Assembly (NCBI GenBank): GCA_051530055.1
Contig: CM121343.1
Coordinates: 466,389 to 530,388 of the forward strand
Source of the DNA: Neoechinorhynchus agilis
Taxonomy: Eukaryota > Animalia > Acanthocephala
Reading direction: 5' to 3'
DNA length: 64,000 nucleotides
A program made the position numbers and the translations under genes. Positions 63,000-64,000 of the stretch are shown here, one piece after another (within the stretch, counting starts at the first letter, position 1; the number at the start of each line of letters is the position of its first letter). The notes under the pieces were generated by a model. It made no database searches. It saw nothing but the letters and a program-made list of their open reading frames with translations, and was not told the origin of the DNA.

Positions 63000-64000
63000 T
63001 AGGCTGCGAAGTGGTAAAAATTTTAATGGTAGGCTGAGAGGCAGCTTGATTGGTTAATGAAAATAGCATCAAGGCATTCAGTGAGAGGGCCTAAATTCGC
63101 TCGATGATATTAGTAATAAAGAAAAAGAGCGATTATCAGAAACCAACAATTCTATTTTGCGACTTTACAAACGTTTAATAGCTAACTGCACTTCAACAAA
63201 TGTACGACTAATCGATCAGAACAAAATAATGAAAAAATAAAATTTCATATGCATTCATTCCATGGGAATAAAATATGGAGTTAGAGCTAGTTCTAAATTT
63301 TATACTTTTTAAACAAGAAAAGTATGAGAAATTGCAATTTGGACATTAGAATTCTTTAGGTAGTTCAATCGCAAAAATTCGCTGGATGATAATGACAATC
63401 GAGAAAGAGAGCGAAATCTATACGATATTCTAAATTTAAGTGAGAAATGCGAAAATTCTATTGAATTCTCAATTCGGAATATTGAAGGAAAAATGTCTCA
63501 TTTTAGAAGTCCGAAAATTCACTTCTTATTTCCAAGTAGCTTTTCTTGCTTAATAAAAGGAAATTGGATCTTCGCAGAATCGAAAGTAAAGGGATATTCT
63601 CGCTGGATAATATACTGTGGAATCAAAAGATTCAATTACCGACTATACAACACAAATTTGTCAACAGACTACGATGAAACTAATCCAATTATCCACTCGA
63701 TTATGAAGTGAAGACTGGAGTTCGGTTAAACAACAATAAAGAAATAATTCTTGGAAACATTCTCAAGGAGAAGAGAAACATTGATCCGACTAACGGGATA
63801 TACAGAATTAAGTGCGTTTGGATTTGTAAGATTCATTCGGTATAGGGAGTCCTGATATTCCAATTGGCAAAACTAAGTCCTGAAAATTTCTCTTTTCATC
63901 AGCCGTGTAAGTGGATTTCCGCCGAATGGATATTAGACCAACTTTACGGTCTCTCCTGGATAGGGGGAGCATATCGATCCCGCTGAAGAGGATTCCGGAT
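63000..64000 (-). mobile_element. Probable highly decayed retroelement sequence; start of another HHR-like motif (ctgaagagg) at 63983
   Basis: Stop-riddled frames loosely resembling Penelope N-termini; adjacent to pLTR-like repeat; motif truncated by window end. Confidence 0.25.

Overview
AT-rich, gene-dense animal nuclear DNA with very short GT-AG introns (mostly 38-70 nt). The gene set and a KVIIEKWLPY-type proline-rich protein suggest a spiralian such as a rotifer/acanthocephalan or flatworm (inference only). Recognisable genes: ELAV-family RRM protein, SMARCE1/BAF57, PIP5K type I, PLK1, pyruvate kinase, actin, IDO-family dioxygenase, SRCR-bearing lysyl oxidase-like protein and a non-alpha nAChR-type subunit, plus several hypothetical genes. 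Intergenic DNA is full of Penelope-like retroelement debris with many minimal hammerhead-ribozyme motifs (often in inverted pairs), CRE-like and RTE-like non-LTR fragments, MITE-like hairpins, a ~3 kb satellite and an (AAT)~71 expansion. Two results stand out. (1) Pyruvate kinase and IDO are each interrupted at one site by a short element with no clean GT-AG solution. Both start GAGCTG-N7-TGGTC and fold their two ends into a long stem whose variable bases co-vary, making them a candidate new class of structure-defined non-canonical introns or introner elements. (2) An ~11.7 kb palindrome has ~3.86 kb arms that each carry a Piwi pseudogene and flank a decayed Penelope element, a possible hairpin-RNA source against the host's own transposon-defence gene. 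Everything was read by eye; no database searches or folding programs were run.
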